A stretch of DNA of 64,000 nt, taken from NCBI GenBank assembly GCA_963666215.2, contig CAXWPL010000001.1, forward strand, positions 710,371 to 774,370, read 5' to 3'. Source of the stretch: Acidobacteriota bacterium. Lineage in GTDB: Bacteria; Acidobacteriota; UBA890; WLXD01. This document shows, one piece after another, positions 59,553 through 64,000 of the stretch; positions within the stretch are counted from its first letter, which is position 1, and each line of letters starts with the position of its first letter. The position numbers were made by a program, and so were the translations under genes. The notes under the pieces are model-generated. The model ran no database searches. It had not been told where the DNA came from and was given only the letters and a program-made list of their open reading frames with translations.

Positions 59553-61736
59553 ATGAACACGACGCTTCCGTTCGATACTGGGCAGTCCCACGCCGACGTC
59601 ATCGAGGTTGTGCGTCGGTACTGGGGCTTCGAGATGCTGCGGCCGCTGCAGGCCGAGGCGGTGCGTGCCGGACTCGATCGCCGCGACTCGCTGGTAGTGC
59701 TGCCGACCGGCGGTGGCAAGTCGCTGTGTTATCAGGTGCCGCCGTTGTTGGCCGGGCGAACCGACATTGTGGTGTCGCCGCTGATCTCTCTGATGAAGGA
59801 CCAGGTTGACGGCCTGCGCGCCAACGGATATCCGGCGGCCGCCGTGCACAGCGGGCTCGACCGGCAAGAGCGCGCCGAGGCCGAGCGCTTTATTGCGTCG
59901 GGCGACTGTCGACTGGCGTTCGTGTCGCCGGAGCGCCTGGTGACATCGTGGTTTCTGCAGACCGTCGAGCGACTGGGCATTCGCTCGTTCGCGGTGGACG
60001 AGGCGCATTGCATTAGCCACTGGGGTCACGATTTCCGGCCCGAGTACCGGCAGCTGGCGGTGCTCAAGGAACGCATCCCCGGCGCCAGCGTGCACGCCTA
60101 CACCGCCACCGCGACGCCGCGCGTTCGCGACGACATCGTGGCGCAGCTCGGGCTCGAGGACGCCCAGGTGCTGGTGGGACGCTTCGACCGGCCGAATCTC
60201 ACCTACCGACTGGTGCCGCGGCTCGACCTGCGAGCCCAGGTGGAAGAGATTCTGGCTCGGCATACGAACCAGGCGGCCATCATCTACTGCATCAGCCGCA
60301 AGGACACCGAGAAGCTCGCCGAGCATCTCATCAAGCGCGGTCACCGCGCCGCCTGCTACCACGCCGGTCTCGAGCCAGCCGTTCGCCGCCGCACGCAGGA
60401 GGCGTTCACCAACGAACAGATGGACGTGGTCGCCGCGACGGTGGCGTTCGGCATGGGCATCGATCGCAGCGATGTGCGGTGCGTCATCCATGCCGCGATG
60501 CCCAAGTCGATCGAGCACTACCAACAGGAGACGGGCCGCGCGGGTCGTGATGGCCTCGAGGCCGAGTGCGTGCTGCTCAACTCTCCGGCCGACGCGGTGC
60601 GCTGGCGACAGTTGCTGGAGCGCAACGCGCAGGAAAACGTGCCGGCTGCGTCTGGCGTCTCGGGCATTTCCGATAGCGAGCCGCCGCCGCCCGACCTCTA
60701 CGACGCCGACGACCCCGGAATCGCGCAGGAAGAGCCTCCGTATCCTTATGAAGAGCCTCATGAAGAGCCTCTCGATGGAGGGCCTGTGGATGAAGGGCCT
60801 CTCGACCACGACGCGGCGATCCCGCGAGTTGTGGTGGCACGCGAGAGCAAGCTCAGGGCCGTGACGCCGCCAGCCACGGGGGTCGACCCACAGAAGGCCG
60901 CGCTGGAGCTGCTCGACCAGATGCGGCGCTTCTGCACCCCCGGCACCTGCCGCCACCAGGCGCTGTCGGAGTACTTCGGCCAGACGTACGAGCCCCCGTG
61001 CAGCTCCGAGGCTATCGACACCCACGCCGACGGCGATGACGACGACGCTGGCGTCCAGATCGCCGAAGGCTGTGGCGCCTGCGACGTTTGCCTCGGGGAA
61101 ACCGACGGCTGGGTGGACGGCACTCGCGACGCCCAGATGGTGCTGTCTTGCGTGGCTCGTCTCGGCCAGATGGGCACCGCGTACGGCATGAACCACGTGG
61201 TCGATGTGCTGCGCGGCGCCGACACCCAGTCGATCCGTTCGCGCGGCCACAACACACTCTCGACCTGGGGCGTGATGTCGGCAAAGGGACGCAAGGAGTT
61301 GCTGCATCTGACCTTCCAGCTCATCGACCAGGCGGTGCTCGAGCGCAGCGACGGCGAGTACCCGGTGCTGACGCTCAACGACCGCTCGCTCGAGGTACTG
61401 CGCGGCGAGCGCACCGTGCGGCTCGCCCCGGTGCGCGTCCGAGCCGCCAAGACCTCTGCGCGTGACGCGGCGTCGTGGCACGGCGTCGATGTCGATCTGT
61501 TCGAGCGCCTGCGCGGACTTCGCACCGAGATCGCGCGCGCCCGCGACGTGCCGCCCTACCTCATCTTCAACGACGCCAGCCTGCGCGACATGGCCAGCAG
61601 CCGTCCCGAGACTCCACAAGAATTCCTCGCCATCCACGGCGTGGGCGACAAGAAGCTTGCCGACTTCGGTGAGACTTTCCTCGCCTGCATTGCCGGAGCG
61701 CCCGAGTCGATCGAGACCGCCAGCGACACCGCCTAG
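59553..61736 (+). CDS. recQ: RecQ DNA helicase with acidic insertions
   Basis: LPTGGGKSLCYQ, DEAHCISHWGHDFRPEY, ATVAFGMGID, QETGRAGRDG, Zn-binding CR..CGACDVC, winged-helix and HRDC domains. Confidence 0.95.
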   Translation: MNTTLPFDTGQSHADVIEVVRRYWGFEMLRPLQAEAVRAGLDRRDSLVVLPTGGGKSLCYQVPPLLAGRTDIVVSPLISLMKDQVDGLRANGYPAAAVHSGLDRQERAEAERFIASGDCRLAFVSPERLVTSWFLQTVERLGIRSFAVDEAHCISHWGHDFRPEYRQLAVLKERIPGASVHAYTATATPRVRDDIVAQLGLEDAQVLVGRFDRPNLTYRLVPRLDLRAQVEEILARHTNQAAIIYCISRKDTEKLAEHLIKRGHRAACYHAGLEPAVRRRTQEAFTNEQMDVVAATVAFGMGIDRSDVRCVIHAAMPKSIEHYQQETGRAGRDGLEAECVLLNSPADAVRWRQLLERNAQENVPAASGVSGISDSEPPPPDLYDADDPGIAQEEPPYPYEEPHEEPLDGGPVDEGPLDHDAAIPRVVVARESKLRAVTPPATGVDPQKAALELLDQMRRFCTPGTCRHQALSEYFGQTYEPPCSSEAIDTHADGDDDDAGVQIAEGCGACDVCLGETDGWVDGTRDAQMVLSCVARLGQMGTAYGMNHVVDVLRGADTQSIRSRGHNTLSTWGVMSAKGRKELLHLTFQLIDQAVLERSDGEYPVLTLNDRSLEVLRGERTVRLAPVRVRAAKTSARDAASWHGVDVDLFERLRGLRTEIARARDVPPYLIFNDASLRDMASSRPETPQEFLAIHGVGDKKLADFGETFLACIAGAPESIETASDTA

Positions 61737-61748
61737 CGTCGACTCTGG

Positions 61749-61985
61749 CTAGCGCCGGCCGATCGCGAACAGGTGCCGGTCGCCGCGCACGTACAAGCGG
61801 CCGTTGGCGATCGCGGGCGACGCCCAGAGCGACTCGCCCATCGAGTTGGTCGCCAGCACCTCGTGCTCGGGCCCGGCGCGGACCACGAACATGTCGCCGT
61901 CTTGCCCCGACAGCACGATGTTGCTGCCGAACGCAACGGGTGACGCTACAAAGCGCGTCGGCAGTGGCACGCGGCCCGCCGTGCC
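61749..61985 (-). pseudogene. C-terminal remnant of a PQQ-like beta-propeller protein
   Basis: FVASPVAF...DGDMFVVRAG..HEVLATNSMGE..WASPAIANGRLYVRG..HLFAIG. Confidence 0.7.
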
Positions 61986-62288
61986 GCTGATCGCGATCGC
62001 CGGAATTGGCAACAAGCACCGCCGCCACAGCAGCAACGAGCGCGGCGCCGTTGGAACGGCTGAAACTCATGCCCCTCTGTTCGTATCGGATCACACGCTT
62101 CCTCCCGAGCCGCTGAGCTCCCGTTTCGACCTCTTTCGATCAATCTCGATCGACTGCCATTGTCGAGTCTCGACGCGACCGCGGAACAGTACTTGATTCG
62201 AACCTACCCGTCGTCGGATCCGATTCGGACGGCCTCGCTCGATCAGCGCCCGCCTGCGCTTCGTGTTCTGACGCGCTCCAGCAGCTCC

Positions 62289-63414
62289 TCAACCAGCTCG
62301 GTTTGGCGATCCCCGCTGAACCGCGTGGTCGCCAGGCGGCGGGCCTCTTGGCCCATCGTGCGAACCGTCGCCCCGGTCGGCGGCGAGAGACGCGATGGAT
62401 CTTGCTAGTTTCTCGATGTCGCCCGACGGGTAGAAGCGCGCGGCACCGGTGAGATGCTCGCGCATGTAATCGATATCAACGGTGACAATGGGCAGACCCG
62501 CGGCGAGAAACTCGAACAGCTTCAACGGCGACCAGTACCAGGCCCAGTTGTAGCGCCGGGGTGCGCGGCCAGATTGAATGGCGCCAAGCCCACGTCGGCC
62601 GCCGCCAAGCGCGCCGGCACCTCGAGATGAGGAACGGCGCCGGGAAACTCGACACGATCCTCCACACCCGCCGAACGAGCGACGGCTCGGGCGGCGTCCC
62701 AGCGTGGGCCGTGGCCGAGGAACGAAACCTGGATGTCGACGCCGAGCTCCACACACCTGGCCACAGCCCGCACCAGATCTTCGGCGCCGTGCCTAGGCGC
62801 GAAAACTGCTCAGGTACACGCAACGCAACGGTCCGTCGTTACTGGCCGGCGGCCCGGGCTGGAATCGCTCGGTGTCGGCGCCATTGACAACGTCGACGTA
62901 GCCCTCCCGATACTCCTCCGGCATCACCAGCGCCGCCTGTCCGTAGAACGCCGAGGCCATCTTCCATCTGCGCACGACGCCATCGCGCGATGGGCCGTAT
63001 GAGAGAAAGCGCGTCGAGGCGATCGCGCCACGAGCCCGGGTACGGTCGCGCCGGCGTATGCACTTCGGCCACGGCCGGAACGCCCAGCGCGCGCGCAGCC
63101 AGCAACCCCGTACCACCGAAAGCATGGAAACGCTCGATGACGATCTCGGGCCCGACCCGCTCGGCAATGCGCCGGACCTGTTTTCGTGCGGTCCACTGCA
63201 GCTGGTCCATCGCCAGCCACGGTCGTACCGGATAAAGGCGAATGCCCTGCAACCAGTCCGCGGTCTCGGCGGTCGTGCCAGGCTCGCCTGCTTGGGCAAC
63301 GAGATGCAGCTCGTGCCCGCGCCGAACCAATCCGCGCGCCAGCTCGATGGTGTGAACGCTGCCGCCGTGCGAGCCCGGAATCGGAATCCCGGTGGTCACG
63401 TAGAGAATGCGCAA
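62289..63414 (-). pseudogene. GT4 family glycosyltransferase with multiple frameshifts
   Basis: LRILYV...HGGSVH, VVNGADTERF, FLGHGP, VEFPGAVPH, SPLKLFEFLAAGLPIV lie in different frames. Confidence 0.8.
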
Positions 63415-63416
63415 GT

Positions 63417-64000
63417 TCAGCGGTGCTGCGGATTCGGGCGATCCGGGCGGCTCAGGGGACCGCCGTCCCAGTTCTGCGCACTCGAGATGTTCGGCATGCC
63501 GTGGTCGGCGCCGTTCCATCCCTGGAAGCCCTCCATGCGGAACGCCCAGAAGCCGCTGGTGGAGTCGGAAACCACAATCAACCCGTCGGCGTTGCGCACG
63601 TCGACGCCGAAGGCGCCGTTGAAGACGTCGGTGAAATCGGTATTCAACGACCCGAGGTAGGTGTCGTAGTAGGCGACGGTCTGCGGATTCTTCGGGTCGG
63701 CGAGCGTGAAGACTTGCAGCCCGTCGACGTAGCCCGAGACGAACACGTAGGGCCAGCGCACCTCGTGGTTATGAACCAGATGGCGCCAGTCGGCGGTCCA
63801 GGCCGAGATCGGCGTTCTGATGTTGCTGGTCTCGCCATCGAGCGCCGGCTTGAGGTCGAAAATCCGCAGCGGCGCGTATCGGTATTCGGTTTCGCCAATG
63901 GCATAGCGACCATCGGGCGACGGCGTGAAAGTGTGACCCCATTGCACGCCGCTGATCCCGGTGAGCGAGATCCGCAACGCCGGGTTCTCGAGGTCGGTCA
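63417..64000 (-). CDS. LVIVD-repeat-like protein, 3' part (runs off the window)
   Basis: PLRIFDL, VHNHEVRWPYVFVSGYVDGLQVF, VAYYDT, NGAFGVDVR, SDSTSGFW. Confidence 0.7.
   Translation of the reverse strand, partial: TDLENPALRISLTGISGVQWGHTFTPSPDGRYAIGETEYRYAPLRIFDLKPALDGETSNIRTPISAWTADWRHLVHNHEVRWPYVFVSGYVDGLQVFTLADPKNPQTVAYYDTYLGSLNTDFTDVFNGAFGVDVRNADGLIVVSDSTSGFWAFRMEGFQGWNGADHGMPNISSAQNWDGGPLSRPDRPNPQHR

Overview
This is a high-GC bacterial window, most likely Acidobacteriota (inferred from two PadR/duplicated-orphan-permease pairs and an acidobacterial-type VWA protein). Bases 1-45 kb are mostly chromosomal backbone: a dapE-dapB-dapA-dapD-dapC-like lysine operon, a haloalkane dehalogenase, a vapBC pair, two aldo-keto reductases, ettA, a cation-chloride cotransporter, a TetA-like MFS, and a BlaI / M56-peptidase / secreted-repeat-protein operon. 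At about 45.1 kb an orphan 3' half of tRNA-Glu(CTC) marks an island edge. It is followed by two inverted IS256 copies enclosing a class I hyaluronan-synthase-like gene, a tyrosine recombinase fragment, a broken sulfatase-like gene and an IS481 remnant. Next comes an FG-GAP/ASPIC-UnbV/thioredoxin gene split by an in-frame TGA that is followed by a SECIS-like hairpin (candidate selenoprotein), then a second threonine dehydratase, a second vapBC pair, recQ and further gene remnants. Many genes are truncated or frameshifted. The best leads are the candidate selenoprotein, the BlaI/M56/29-aa-repeat system with its operators, and a structured intergenic RNA carrying a 14-codon ORF with a very strong Shine-Dalgarno. 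Also notable are the mobile HAS-like gene and a ~47-bp double-hairpin direct repeat. All calls come from reading the sequence and recalling family motifs; no searches or folding programs were run.
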